A stretch of 49,829 bases of DNA from positions 1 to 49,829 of the forward strand of contig JAKUPP010000003.1 in the NCBI GenBank assembly GCA_022450705.1, in the 5' to 3' direction. The notes under the pieces are model-generated. The model made no database searches. It worked only from the letters and a program-made list of their open reading frames with translations, and was not told the origin of the DNA. Positions 29,809 through 40,286 of the stretch are shown here, one piece after another (within the stretch, counting starts at the first letter, position 1; every line of letters starts with the position of its first letter). The position numbers and the translations under genes were made by a program. This stretch comes from Alphaproteobacteria bacterium (lineage in GTDB: Bacteria > Pseudomonadota > Alphaproteobacteria > GCA-002720895).

Positions 29809-30612
29809 TTAAGAACTTTCTTCTAAAGATCCACCCTTAATTATTTGCTTTATAGATTCTGCTAAACCTGTTTTATCATTTAAATCAACTAAAACACAAG
29901 ATAAAGTTGCTTCGCCTGTAGCAGGATGTATACCTTTCACAGGCGTTTTTTTTTTAAATCTTTCAAGAGCTTTGGTTTTATCCATACCAATAATTGAGTC
30001 GTAATCACCACACATTCCTAAATCCGAAATAAAAGCTGTTCCATTTGAAAGTATTCTTGCATCGGCAGTTGGAACATGGGTATGTGTTCCTACAATCAAA
30101 CCTGCTTTTCCATCAAACTCATGTCCTATAGCCATTTTTTCACTTGTTGCTTCACAATGTATATCAATTATTATTCCAGAAATATTTTCTCCAATTATTT
30201 TCTCATTAATAACTTTTCTTACAGATTCAAATGGGTCATCTAAAGCATTCATAAAGACTCGTCCCATAACATTAATAACTAATATCTTTTTTTGATTTTT
30301 TTCATAAATTCCAAAACCATTTCCCGGGGTATCGATTGGATAATTATTAGGTCTCAATAATCTTTTTTCTTTATCAATAAATTTAAATACATCGTTATTA
30401 TCAAAAATATGATTCCCGCCTGTAATTACATCTATTCCTGCTGAGAACAAATCATCACAAATTGATTTTGATATACCTTTTCCATGAGAGGCATTCTCGC
30501 CATTAGCTAAAACAAAATCAGGATTATACTTTTTTTTAAAATATGGTAGTTCTTTTATTAAAGCATCTCTTCCTGATCTGCCAAATATGTCTCCAAAAAA
30601 AAGAATTTTCAT
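29809..30612 (-). CDS. YmdB-like (TIGR00282-type) metallophosphoesterase
   Basis: FFGDIFGRSGR, ANGENASHGKG, GGNH and GTHTHV metal-binding motifs. Confidence 0.85.
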   Translation of the reverse strand: MKILFFGDIFGRSGRDALIKELPYFKKKYNPDFVLANGENASHGKGISKSICDDLFSAGIDVITGGNHIFDNNDVFKFIDKEKRLLRPNNYPIDTPGNGFGIYEKNQKKILVINVMGRVFMNALDDPFESVRKVINEKIIGENISGIIIDIHCEATSEKMAIGHEFDGKAGLIVGTHTHVPTADARILSNGTAFISDLGMCGDYDSIIGMDKTKALERFKKKTPVKGIHPATGEATLSCVLVDLNDKTGLAESIKQIIKGGSLEESS

Positions 30613-30956
30613 TTAGTCAATGATTGTATACGAGAAATTAATTTATCTATTTTATTTTTTACTATTGATGCTTTCTCAGAGTTTCTTTTCCTTAAGTTTT
30701 CTAATTCAATTTTATAATTATTTCCATAAGGATTATCAGGTTTAACTTTATCTTTCATAATATTATTTAATTTTTCACTCAATAAAATTCCTGTTAAAAC
30801 TAGAAGTCTTGAATGGTCTACGTTCTTTAATTTAACTGCTAAATTTTTAACTTCTTCATCGAAATACTTTGATAATTCTAAAACATATTTTTCCTTAGTT
30901 TTATCACAAGTAATATCATAATAACGTCCATTTATATTTATTCTTAAAACTGGCAT
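30609..30956 (-). CDS. zapA: cell-division protein ZapA
   Basis: I.INGR.Y.I.C start, followed by a C-terminal coiled coil. It is 115 aa. Confidence 0.8.
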   Translation of the reverse strand: MPVLRININGRYYDITCDKTKEKYVLELSKYFDEEVKNLAVKLKNVDHSRLLVLTGILLSEKLNNIMKDKVKPDNPYGNNYKIELENLRKRNSEKASIVKNKIDKLISRIQSLTK

Positions 30957-31051
30957 TATTTATTTTTTTTATTATATCTTCTTATACAAAGTATATTTTT
31001 TTATTCTATAATTTATATCAAAAATTAGAATTAAAAATTATATATCTTAAT

Positions 31052-33064
31052 GTGATAACCAAAAATAATTTAAATATAAAAGAGCTAAAATTAATGTCCA
31101 ATGCAATTAGGGCTCTATCTATGGATGCGGTAGAAAAAGCAAAATCTGGTCATCCTGGAATGCCCTTAGGTATGTCAGATGTAGTCACAATTCTTTACAA
31201 ATATTTTTTAAATTTTAATCCGGAGAATCCATACTGGCCTAATAGAGATAGATTTATTTTATCCGCAGGTCATGGTTCAATGCTTTTATATTCATTGCTA
31301 TATTTAACCGGGTACAAAAAAATTACTATCGATGAAATTAAAAAATTTCGACAATTAAAAAGTAAAACAGCAGGTCACCCGGAATATGACCTAGGATCTG
31401 GTATTGAAACAACTACAGGACCTTTGGGGCAAGGCCTCGCAAATTCTTTAGGTATGGCAGTTGCTGAAAGACATCTTTCTTCAATATTTGGAAAAAATTT
31501 GATGAATCATTACACTTACGCTATTGCTGGAGATGGTTGTCTTATGGAAGGTATTAGCCATGAAACAATTTCTTTAGCTGGACATTTGAAACTAGATAAA
31601 TTAATTGTTTTATTTGATGACAATAGCGTTTCTATAGATGGTCCGACAAATCTATCTACTTCTGAAAATCATTTATTAAGATTTAAAGCTTGTAACTGGG
31701 ATGTACAAAAAATAAATGGTCATGATTTCAAACAAATTTACAATGCTATTAATAAAGCAAAAAAAGCAAAAAAACCTTCTCTAATTGCCTGCAAAACTAT
31801 TATCGGATTTGGATCACCAAATAAACAAGGTAAAAATTTAAGTCATGGTGCGGCACTTGGAGTAGATGAAGTGCAAAAAACCAAAAAAAAAATAAATTGG
31901 CCCTATCCGCCTTTTATAATTCCAAAAGAAATATTAAAAACCTGGAGAAATATAGGAATTAAAGGAATTAATGAAAATAAAAAATGGAATCAAACATTAA
32001 AAAAATTAAACATAAAGAAAAAAAAATTATTTGATAATTATTTAAATAAAAAAATTGATAAAAGTTGTTTTTTAGAATTAAAAAAAATTAAAATAAAACT
32101 TTCTTTATCAAATGAAAAAATTGCTACTAGAAAAGCATCTAATATAGCAATTAATTTATTTGAAAAAAAAATACCTTTTTTAATGGGTGGTTCGGCAGAT
32201 TTAACTGAATCCAATTTAACAAAAGGAGATAATCAAAAAACATTTAGTAGTTCGAACTATAAAGGAACATACATTTATTATGGTATTAGAGAACATGCTA
32301 TGGCTGGTGCAATGTCTGGAATATCTCTTCATGGCGGCTTGATTCCTTACGGTGGTTCTTTTTTAATATTTACAGATTATTGCAAACCATCCATAAGACT
32401 TGCTTCAATTATGAAGCAAAGAATTATTTATGTAATGACTCATGACTCTATTGGTTTAGGTGAAGATGGGCCAACACATCAACCAATAGAACAACTTACA
32501 AGTTTAAGGTCAGTGCCAAATTTGAATGTTCTAAGACCGGCCGATGCTATTGAAACACTAGAATGCTGGGAAATTGCTTTAACAGAAAATACTCCATCTA
32601 TTATTTCTCTTACAAGACAAGACCTTCCTATTGTCAGAAAAAAAGAAATATCAGAAAATATGTCAAAAAAAGGAGCATATGTAATTACAGAAACAAAAAA
32701 AAATTATAGAGATATAACAATTTTATCTACAGGTTCTGAGGTTTCCATTGCAATTGAAGCAAAAAAAATTCTAGAAAAAAAATCTTTAAATATAACAGTT
32801 GTATCAATGCCTTCTTGGGAGATTTTTGACAAAACAAATGACAAATATAAAAATAAAATATTGGGCCCCATTGAAAAAAGAATAGCCATTGAAGCAGCAT
32901 CAAAATATGGATGGACAAAATATGTATTAAATGAGAAATATATATTAGGTATGGATAATTTTGGAGCGTCAGCACCTGGAGAAATTTTATATAATAATTT
33001 TGGTTTAAATGCTAAAGAAATTGTAAAATTAGCATTAAGGATTTATAAAAAAAATAATGGTTAA
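31052..33064 (+). CDS. tkt: transketolase
   Basis: AIRALSMDAVEKAKSGHPG, GDGCLMEG and THDSIGLGEDGPTHQP. The true start may be the ATG at 31094. Confidence 0.96.
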   Translation: MITKNNLNIKELKLMSNAIRALSMDAVEKAKSGHPGMPLGMSDVVTILYKYFLNFNPENPYWPNRDRFILSAGHGSMLLYSLLYLTGYKKITIDEIKKFRQLKSKTAGHPEYDLGSGIETTTGPLGQGLANSLGMAVAERHLSSIFGKNLMNHYTYAIAGDGCLMEGISHETISLAGHLKLDKLIVLFDDNSVSIDGPTNLSTSENHLLRFKACNWDVQKINGHDFKQIYNAINKAKKAKKPSLIACKTIIGFGSPNKQGKNLSHGAALGVDEVQKTKKKINWPYPPFIIPKEILKTWRNIGIKGINENKKWNQTLKKLNIKKKKLFDNYLNKKIDKSCFLELKKIKIKLSLSNEKIATRKASNIAINLFEKKIPFLMGGSADLTESNLTKGDNQKTFSSSNYKGTYIYYGIREHAMAGAMSGISLHGGLIPYGGSFLIFTDYCKPSIRLASIMKQRIIYVMTHDSIGLGEDGPTHQPIEQLTSLRSVPNLNVLRPADAIETLECWEIALTENTPSIISLTRQDLPIVRKKEISENMSKKGAYVITETKKNYRDITILSTGSEVSIAIEAKKILEKKSLNITVVSMPSWEIFDKTNDKYKNKILGPIEKRIAIEAASKYGWTKYVLNEKYILGMDNFGASAPGEILYNNFGLNAKEIVKLALRIYKKNNG

Positions 33065-34067
33065 TATAGCAATAAATGGATTTGGAAGAATTGGTAGGCT
33101 TTTTTTAAGAGCTTTAGCAGAAAATAAGAGCGCAAAAAATATTAAGGTAAAGGTTATAAATGATTTAGCAGATTTAGAATCAAATGTTCATTTATTTAAG
33201 TACGATTCTATTCACGGAACATATAATAAAAAAATTAAAAACGATAAAAATTCATTTGATATTGGTTTGGGTAGAATTCAAATTATTTCTGAAATAAATC
33301 CATTAAAATTACCATGGAAAAAAAATCAAATTGATATTGTAATTGAATGCACAGGAATTCTAACTTCAAAAGAAGACTCATTAAAGCATATAAAAGCTGG
33401 TGCAAAAAAAGTAATTATTTCCGCTCCGTCAGATAATCCTGATATTACCGTTGTATATGGAGTAAACCATAAGGAAATAAATGATAATCATAAAATAATT
33501 TCAAATGCTTCTTGCACTACAAATTGTTTGGCTCCGGTTGCCAATATTTTAAATAATACTATTGGAATAGAAACTGGCCATATGACAACTATTCATTCAT
33601 ATACTGGTGATCAAAGAATTGTTGATACTTTTCATAGCAGCGATTTAAGACGTGCAAGATCGGCCGCTACATCTTTAATACCAACAAAAACGGGTGCTGC
33701 AAAAGCAATAGGATTAGTAATACCATCTTTAGATGGAAAACTTGATGGAACAGCTATTAGAGTCCCTACTCCAAATGTAAGTTTAATTGACTTTGTTTTT
33801 AATGCTTCTAGAGATACATCGGAAAATGAAATTAATAAAATATGTATTAATTCGTCAAAAAAAGATTTAAAAAATATTTTGTCTACGGTTAGCGAGCCTT
33901 TGGTTTCAGTAGACTTCAATCATTCGCCACAAAGTTCAAATTTCGATACAACTCAAACCAAAGTTATACAAAAAAAACTTTGTAGAATTGTTTCTTGGTA
34001 TGATAATGAGTGGGGTTTCGCTAATAGATTAATTGATCTAACAAATTACATTTCAAAATACATTTAA
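33057..34067 (+). CDS. gap: glyceraldehyde-3-phosphate dehydrogenase
   Basis: INGFGRIGR, SNASCTTNCLAP and WYDNEWG. Confidence 0.96.
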   Translation: MVNIAINGFGRIGRLFLRALAENKSAKNIKVKVINDLADLESNVHLFKYDSIHGTYNKKIKNDKNSFDIGLGRIQIISEINPLKLPWKKNQIDIVIECTGILTSKEDSLKHIKAGAKKVIISAPSDNPDITVVYGVNHKEINDNHKIISNASCTTNCLAPVANILNNTIGIETGHMTTIHSYTGDQRIVDTFHSSDLRRARSAATSLIPTKTGAAKAIGLVIPSLDGKLDGTAIRVPTPNVSLIDFVFNASRDTSENEINKICINSSKKDLKNILSTVSEPLVSVDFNHSPQSSNFDTTQTKVIQKKLCRIVSWYDNEWGFANRLIDLTNYISKYI

Positions 34068-35083
34068 TGTCAGAAGAAAATATACAACTCATTGCAAAAA
34101 AAATTGTTGAAAGTGGAAAAGGAATTTTAGCCGCTGACGAAAGTACAAATACTATAAAAAAAAGGTTTGATTCTATAAATGTTGATTCTAATGAAGAAAC
34201 AAGATCTTTTTATAGAGATACTTTATTTTCAACTCCCGATATTTCGAAATATATATCTGGGGTAATTTTGTTTGAAGAAACTTTTTTCCAAAAAAATTCA
34301 AGTAATGAATCTTTAAAAGAAAAACTAGAAAATATTAATTGTTATCCAGGGATAAAAATTGACCAAGGTTTAGAAACAATTAACAAAGATTCGATTGAGA
34401 CATATACTAAAGGTATAGAAAGTCTTGATGATCGCTTAAAACCTTATAGTAAAAATGGTGCAAAATTTACAAAATGGCGAGCCGTAATTAATATTGGAAA
34501 AAATATGCCTTCAAAAGCTTGTGTGGAAAAGAATTCTTCTTTATTAGCTGAGTATGCTTTAATAAGTCAAAATAATAAGTTAGTTCCAATTGTTGAACCA
34601 GAAGTAATTATGGATGGAGAACATGGTATAGATGAATGTTACGATATAACTGTAAAAACACTTACTCAAGTTTTTAGTTCTTTAGAAGAAAAAAATGTAG
34701 ATTTAAAGGGTATGTTGTTAAAACCGAATATGATAGTTCCTGGAAATCAAAGTAGTGAGAAATTAGATATAAAAAAAATAGCTAAACAAACTTTAAAATG
34801 TTTAATTAAAACCGTTCCAAAAGAAGTGCCTGGCGTTGTTTTTTTATCTGGAGGACTAAGTAGCGTAGATGCTACTACGATTTTAAATGAAATTAATAAA
34901 TTAAATAGCGCTCCATGGAATTTATCTTTTTCATATGGAAGAGCTTTGCAAGAAGATGCTCTTAAAGCTTGGGCCGGAAAAAATGAAAATAAAAATAGAG
35001 TTCAAGATATTTTTTTACATCGTGCTAAAATGAATTCCTTGGCTTGTCATGGTAAATGGGACGCAAGCTTAGAAAATGAATAA
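34067..35083 (+). CDS. fba: fructose-bisphosphate aldolase, class I
   Basis: ILAADES, the Schiff-base lysine context LLKPNM, and FLSGG. Confidence 0.92.
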   Translation: MSEENIQLIAKKIVESGKGILAADESTNTIKKRFDSINVDSNEETRSFYRDTLFSTPDISKYISGVILFEETFFQKNSSNESLKEKLENINCYPGIKIDQGLETINKDSIETYTKGIESLDDRLKPYSKNGAKFTKWRAVINIGKNMPSKACVEKNSSLLAEYALISQNNKLVPIVEPEVIMDGEHGIDECYDITVKTLTQVFSSLEEKNVDLKGMLLKPNMIVPGNQSSEKLDIKKIAKQTLKCLIKTVPKEVPGVVFLSGGLSSVDATTILNEINKLNSAPWNLSFSYGRALQEDALKAWAGKNENKNRVQDIFLHRAKMNSLACHGKWDASLENE

Positions 35084-35738
35084 TCTTTTTAAAAAGAAAA
35101 AAAAATATTTATATCTTATAACTCCCTCCGAACTTTTAAGAAAAAAACTACCATTGAAAAAATACTTAATAATTTTAAATGAAGTTTTAAAAACAAAAAA
35201 AATAAAATTTTTACAACTAAGATTAAAAAGAAAATCAGAAAATCAAATTTTACACGCTTTAAAAAAAATAAGTTTGATTTGTAAAAAAAATAAAACAATC
35301 TTTTTTATAAATGATTATTACAATGATAAAATTTTAAAATTTTGTGACGGCATACATTTAGGCCAAAAAGATATTTCAAAAAAAAAAGTAGATAAAATTT
35401 TATTAAAAAAAAAGTTTTTAGGAATTACGTGTCATAATTCAAAAGATTTTGTAAATAAAGCAATGGTTTTTAAACCTAACTATATATCATTTGGTTCCTT
35501 TTTTAACACTAAAACAAAAAAAACTAAATATAGAGCTACAGTTAAAAATATAAAGTGGTTTAAAAAAAATTTTAAGCTACCATGTGCAGCTATTGGAGGT
35601 ATAAAAGTCAAAAATTGTAGAAAAATTATAATGACAGATTGTGATATGTTGGCTGTATCATCAGGTGTTTGGAATTATAAAGACGGCCCTGTTGAAGCAG
35701 TTAATTTATTTTATAAAATTTTAAATAAAGAAGTATGA
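35076..35738 (+). CDS. thiE: thiamine-phosphate synthase
   Basis: TMP-TENI-type motifs GIHLGQKD, GITCHN and AIGGI. It is 220 aa. Confidence 0.75.
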   Translation: MNNLFKKKKKYLYLITPSELLRKKLPLKKYLIILNEVLKTKKIKFLQLRLKRKSENQILHALKKISLICKKNKTIFFINDYYNDKILKFCDGIHLGQKDISKKKVDKILLKKKFLGITCHNSKDFVNKAMVFKPNYISFGSFFNTKTKKTKYRATVKNIKWFKKNFKLPCAAIGGIKVKNCRKIIMTDCDMLAVSSGVWNYKDGPVEAVNLFYKILNKEV

Positions 35739-36301
35739 AAATTTCAGCAAATGAAATAAAGGTTGGAAATATTTTAGAATTTGAAAATAAACTTTGGAAA
35801 GTTTTAAAATTTGAACGTACAAAACCTGGTAAAGGCGGGGCGTATGTGCAAGTTGAATTAAAAGATATAAATGCTGGAACTAAAAAAAATGAAAGATTTA
35901 GATCTGATGAAAATGTTGAAAAAGCATATCTTGAACAAAAAAACTTTCAATTTCTTTATTCTAGTGGTGATGAATATTTTTTTATGGACCAAAAAAATTA
36001 TGAACAAATCAGTGTAAACAAAGAAAAAATTGTTAATGGTACATTGCCATACTTGAAAGACGGAATTAATGTCTCAATTGAATTAAAAGATGATAATCCT
36101 ATAAATATTTTGTTACCTGAAACAGTAACATTGGAAATTAAAGAAGCAGAATCTACGATTAAAGGTCAGACAGCTACTTCAGGACTTAAGCCGGCAATTC
36201 TTGAAAATGACATAAAAGTCATGGTGCCTATTCACATTGAAAAAGGTATGAAAATAGTAGTAAAAACGTCTGATAATTCTTATGTAGAAAAAGTTAATTA
36301 A
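35735..36301 (+). CDS. efp: elongation factor P
   Basis: The KPGKGGA loop and three OB/KOW-like domains. It is 188 aa. Confidence 0.95.
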   Translation: MKISANEIKVGNILEFENKLWKVLKFERTKPGKGGAYVQVELKDINAGTKKNERFRSDENVEKAYLEQKNFQFLYSSGDEYFFMDQKNYEQISVNKEKIVNGTLPYLKDGINVSIELKDDNPINILLPETVTLEIKEAESTIKGQTATSGLKPAILENDIKVMVPIHIEKGMKIVVKTSDNSYVEKVN

Positions 36302-36323
36302 AAAAAATTTTTCATAAAAAAAT

Positions 36324-37118
36324 ATGGCTTTAAAAACTCCAATAATAAATATTATGACAAAAGCAGCATATAAAGCTGGAAATATTTTAATAAAAGATTT
36401 TAGAGAAGTAGAAAACTTACAAGTTTCAAAAAAGGGAATTGGTGATTTTGTAACATCTGCTGACTTGAATTCGGAAAATACAATTATAAAAGTTTTACAA
36501 AAAGCGTATCCTGAAATAAAAATAATATCTGAAGAAACAAGTTCGGATATAGAATTAGATAAATATGATAAAAAATGGATTGTTGATCCATTAGATGGCA
36601 CTTTAAATTTTCTTCATGGTCTGCCTCATTTTGCTATCTCTATAGCATTAATGATAAAAGATGAGGTAATTTCTGGAGTCATTTATGATCCTATAAAAGA
36701 TGAATTATTTTGGGCAGAAAAAGGTGTTGGTGCTTTTCTTAATGATAAAAGAATAAGAGTTTCTGGAAGAAATAAACTTAAAGATGCTTTAGTTTCAACC
36801 GGCATCCCTTGGAAAGGAATGGAAAGCTCTCATAAAAATTACTTAAAAATTTTAGAGAGTATAATGAAAAATTCTTCAGGTATTCGAAGATATGGTGCTG
36901 CTGCGCTAGATTTAGCATATGTAGCTGCAGGAAGATATGATGCGTTTTGGGAATTTAATTTAAAAACATGGGATATAGCGGCTGGTTCTTTATTAGTTAA
37001 AGAAGCTGGGGGTTATGTAGGAAATATTAATAAAAATGAAAATTACTTATATACAGGCAATATATATGCATGTAATAATGAATTAAATGAGGAATTAAAA
37101 AGCAAAATTACAAAATAA
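36324..37118 (+). CDS. suhB: inositol monophosphatase family protein (SuhB-like)
   Basis: EE..., WIVDPLDGT and WDIAAG motifs. Confidence 0.9.
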   Translation: MALKTPIINIMTKAAYKAGNILIKDFREVENLQVSKKGIGDFVTSADLNSENTIIKVLQKAYPEIKIISEETSSDIELDKYDKKWIVDPLDGTLNFLHGLPHFAISIALMIKDEVISGVIYDPIKDELFWAEKGVGAFLNDKRIRVSGRNKLKDALVSTGIPWKGMESSHKNYLKILESIMKNSSGIRRYGAAALDLAYVAAGRYDAFWEFNLKTWDIAAGSLLVKEAGGYVGNINKNENYLYTGNIYACNNELNEELKSKITK

Positions 37119-37120
37119 AG

Positions 37121-37747
37121 ATGAAATTAATTATAAAAAAATTTAAAGAAATTCTTTTTGTATCAATATGTATTTTTATTCATAACTCTATACTGGCTAT
37201 TGATCCTGTTGAAATTGGAAAACCATATCAAAAGGATGTTGAAATTAATTTGTCAATAATTGAAAATCTAAATCAAGATATTAAAGAAGAAATTAAAATA
37301 GATAAAGATATAAGAACAAAAATAAAAAAGAAAGCTAAAGAAAGTGTTGAAATTAAAACTAAAAATACAGATGAGAAAGGAATTAAAACTGATGATTTTG
37401 TAGAAAAAAAGTTTGCTAGAATTAAGGAAATAATAGAAAAAACGCCAAATGAAATACAAATTATTTTTAATTCCGAAACCTCAAATCTTAAAGATGAAGA
37501 TGCAAATAAAATTAGAAACTTTATTAATAATAAAATCGATAAAAAGAATTCATATTTTAAAATTACTTCGTATGCAAAAACCGATAAAACTACAGATATT
37601 TCTAGAAGATTGTCTCTTGATAGGGCTATTAATATAAGATCCATTCTATTAAAAGAAGGTATTCCGGCAAAAAATTTAATAGTTAAATCTTTTGGTGATG
37701 CTAAAAATAAAGAAAATAAAGTAATAATTAAATTTGAAAAAAAATAA
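37121..37747 (+). CDS. secreted protein with a C-terminal OmpA/MotB-like domain
   Basis: Signal-like N-terminus. The C-terminal RRLSLDRAINIRSILLKEGIPAKNLIVKSFGD resembles OmpA_C. Confidence 0.5.
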   Translation: MKLIIKKFKEILFVSICIFIHNSILAIDPVEIGKPYQKDVEINLSIIENLNQDIKEEIKIDKDIRTKIKKKAKESVEIKTKNTDEKGIKTDDFVEKKFARIKEIIEKTPNEIQIIFNSETSNLKDEDANKIRNFINNKIDKKNSYFKITSYAKTDKTTDISRRLSLDRAINIRSILLKEGIPAKNLIVKSFGDAKNKENKVIIKFEKK

Positions 37748-37769
37748 AAAAAAAATATAGTCTATACTT

Positions 37770-38057
37770 ATGAAAAAAACCATACATCCGGATTACCATG
37801 AAATTGAAGTTGTTATGACTGATGGTACTAAATTTAAAACTAGATCAACTTGGGGAAAAAAAGGAGATGTTCTTAACCTGGATATAGATCCTAAATCACA
37901 TCCTGCTTGGAGTGGAGGTGAAAAAAAATTAGTTGATACTCAGGGACAAATTTCAAAATTTTCTAAAAGATTTAAAAATTATAGAAGTAAAAAAATAGAA
38001 AAAACAGAAGAAAATAAAACTCAAAACGAGCCTCAAATTAATAAAGAAAAAAAATAG
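37770..38057 (+). CDS. rpmE: 50S ribosomal protein L31 (Cys-free form) with a K/E-rich C-terminal tail
   Basis: [12 protein letters not shown]...TRSTWG...[14 protein letters not shown]...FSKRF. No CxxC zinc motifs are present. An extra K/E-rich tail of about 20 aa follows. Confidence 0.93.
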   Translation: MKKTIHPDYHEIEVVMTDGTKFKTRSTWGKKGDVLNLDIDPKSHPAWSGGEKKLVDTQGQISKFSKRFKNYRSKKIEKTEENKTQNEPQINKEKK

Positions 38058-38065
38058 ATAATTAA

Positions 38066-39043
38066 GTGAAAGTAGTTGAAATTAAGAAACACGGTGGGCC
38101 CGAGGTATTATATATTGGGTCTAGGCCAATACCAAAACCAAATATCAATGAGGTTTTAATTAAAGTTAAAGCTGCAGGAATAAATAAACCCGATATATTG
38201 CAAAGAGAGGGAGAATACCCTCCCCCTAAAGATGCCAGTGATGTATTGGGTCTTGAAGTATCGGGTGAAGTAGTTGAATTAGGAAAAGAAACAAAAAATA
38301 TAAAAAAAGGCGATAAGGTGTGTGCTTTAGTATCAGGAGGAGGATACTCTGAATATTGTCTAGCTCCCTATACTCAATGTCTTCCAATACCAAAAAATTT
38401 AAGTTTTGAAGAAGCTTCTGCAATACCTGAAACTTTTTTTACGATTTGGTTTAATTTATTTATAAGGAGTAAAATAAAAAAAAATCAAAAAATATTAATT
38501 CATGGTGGCTCGAGTGGAATAGGAACAACTGCAATACAATTTGCTAAAAATTTTGGTTTGAAAGTTTTTACAACAACACGTACAGATAAAAAAATGGAAA
38601 ACTGCAAAAAAATTGGTGCTGATTACGCTATTAATTCAAAAAAAATAAATTTTGAGGAATTTATTAAAAAAGAAACAAATAATAAAGGAGTCGATTTTAT
38701 TTTAGATATTGTTGGAGGTAGCTATGTTCAAAAAAATATTAATATTCTAAAAAGAAATGGCACTCTAATTAATATTGGATGGTTAACAGGTTCCATCGTA
38801 GAAGTTAATCTACTAATGATAATGCTTAAAAGACTAATAATTACTGGATCAACTCTTAGAATAGGCTCTATTGAAGAAAAAGAAAAAATAGCAAAAGATT
38901 TAAAAAAAAATATTTGGCCACTGATAGAAAAAGAAAAAATAAAACCAATTTTATGCAAAACTTTTCCATTAAATAAAGTTAAAGATGCTCATATTTTTAT
39001 GGATAAAGGATTGCATTTTGGTAAAATAGCATTAACTTTTTAA
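38066..39043 (+). CDS. qor: NAD(P)H:quinone oxidoreductase (zinc-free MDR family)
   Basis: GTG start. GroES-like N-domain (GINKPDILQREGEYP) and Rossmann motif IHGGSSGIGT. Confidence 0.85.
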   Translation: MKVVEIKKHGGPEVLYIGSRPIPKPNINEVLIKVKAAGINKPDILQREGEYPPPKDASDVLGLEVSGEVVELGKETKNIKKGDKVCALVSGGGYSEYCLAPYTQCLPIPKNLSFEEASAIPETFFTIWFNLFIRSKIKKNQKILIHGGSSGIGTTAIQFAKNFGLKVFTTTRTDKKMENCKKIGADYAINSKKINFEEFIKKETNNKGVDFILDIVGGSYVQKNINILKRNGTLINIGWLTGSIVEVNLLMIMLKRLIITGSTLRIGSIEEKEKIAKDLKKNIWPLIEKEKIKPILCKTFPLNKVKDAHIFMDKGLHFGKIALTF

Positions 39044-39085
39044 TATATTTTGAAATCAACAATCATTTAAATTTTATTTATAAAA

Positions 39086-39688
39086 ATGGCAAAAATTTTA
39101 ATGCCGAAGGCTACAGCAGTTTGGTTACTAGATAATACTTCTCTCACTTTCAATCAAATATCTAGTTTTTGTGAATTACATATTTTGGAAATTGAATCGA
39201 TGGCTAATGGAGAAGTTGTAGGTAAAATGCCAGGAATAAATCCGCTTAATAGCAAAATTTTAACATCAGATGAAATAAAAAAATGTGAAGGAAATTCTAA
39301 ATTAAAATTAAAATTAAATAAAAGTGAATTGCCAAAACCTAAAAAAATAGCTAAAGGTGCAAAATATACTCCGATTTCTAAAAGACAGGAAAGACCTAGT
39401 GCTATTAAATGGTTATTAAAAGAATTTCCAGGTATTACTGATAATGAAATATGTAGACTTATTCGCACTACTAAAAATACCGTAGATTCAATAAGAAATA
39501 AAAGTCATTGGAATTATGAAAATATTATTCCTAAAGACCCTTTAAAATTAGGCTTTTGTAACGAAAAAGATTTGAATAAAATATCAGAATTGTATAAAAA
39601 AGAAGAAGAAAAAAGTGAAAATAATGTAGTAAAAGATATACCTAATCAAGATGATAATGATGAAGGTGGTGAATTAGAGAAAGTGTAA
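39086..39688 (+). CDS. DUF1013 protein (alphaproteobacterial TrcR-like)
   Basis: LMPKATAVWLLDNTSLTFNQISSFCELH matches the conserved DUF1013 N-terminus as I recall it. The C-terminal tail is acidic. Confidence 0.75.
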   Translation: MAKILMPKATAVWLLDNTSLTFNQISSFCELHILEIESMANGEVVGKMPGINPLNSKILTSDEIKKCEGNSKLKLKLNKSELPKPKKIAKGAKYTPISKRQERPSAIKWLLKEFPGITDNEICRLIRTTKNTVDSIRNKSHWNYENIIPKDPLKLGFCNEKDLNKISELYKKEEEKSENNVVKDIPNQDDNDEGGELEKV

Positions 39689-39693
39689 TAAAT

Positions 39694-40176
39694 ATGAGTG
39701 ATATAAAAGTAGCAATAATAATGGGAAGTGAATCTGATGCAGAAGAAATGAAACCTGCTTCAGAAGCTCTTAATGAATTAGGTGTAAAAAATGAATCTCG
39801 AGTTATTTCTGCCCATAGAACTCCAGATAGACTTAGAGAATATATTTTAAATGCAGAAAAAAATGGAGTTAAAATATTTATTGGAGGCGCTGGTATGGCA
39901 GCTGCTTTACCAGGAGTTATAGCCGCGCACACTCATCTTCCTGTTTTAGGCGTACCTATAGAAAGTAAAAGTTTAAAAGGAATGGATAGTTTATTATCAA
40001 TTGTTCAAATGCCACCGGGTATACCGGTAGGAGCTTTAGCTATTGGTTCTGCAGGTGCAAAAAATGCTGGTCTGCTTGCTGGAGCAATTTTAGCTCTAAG
40101 CGATAAAGAAATAGAAAGTAAATTAAAAGATTATAGAAAAAAACAAAGTGATAAAGTAAGAAAAGATCCATTATAA
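39694..40176 (+). CDS. purE: N5-carboxyaminoimidazole ribonucleotide mutase (class I PurE)
   Basis: MGSESD, SAHRTP and GGAGMAAALPGV. Confidence 0.95.
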   Translation: MSDIKVAIIMGSESDAEEMKPASEALNELGVKNESRVISAHRTPDRLREYILNAEKNGVKIFIGGAGMAAALPGVIAAHTHLPVLGVPIESKSLKGMDSLLSIVQMPPGIPVGALAIGSAGAKNAGLLAGAILALSDKEIESKLKDYRKKQSDKVRKDPL

Positions 40177-40286
40177 AACTTCAATATTAATATTTTTTAT
40201 AAAAAATAATTGAATTTTGTTCATTTATTCATATTCTCTTAACAAATATATTATTAACTTAAATACAAAAAAAAAAGGTAAATAAA

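Noticed and set aside
30560-30660. Expected 6S RNA (ssrS) downstream of zapA, as in several proteobacteria
   Set aside because: The zapA stop overlaps the start of the YmdB-like gene (30609-30612), so there is no non-coding space for an RNA of about 180 nt.
36179-36601. 140-aa minus-strand ORF spanning the efp/suhB junction
   Set aside because: It overlaps two confidently identified plus-strand genes and has the F/I/Y-rich AT-bias composition typical of spurious antisense frames.
39154-39932. Minus-strand ORFs of 104 and 96 aa inside the DUF1013 gene and purE
   Set aside because: These are antisense to genes with strong family motifs and have no independent support.
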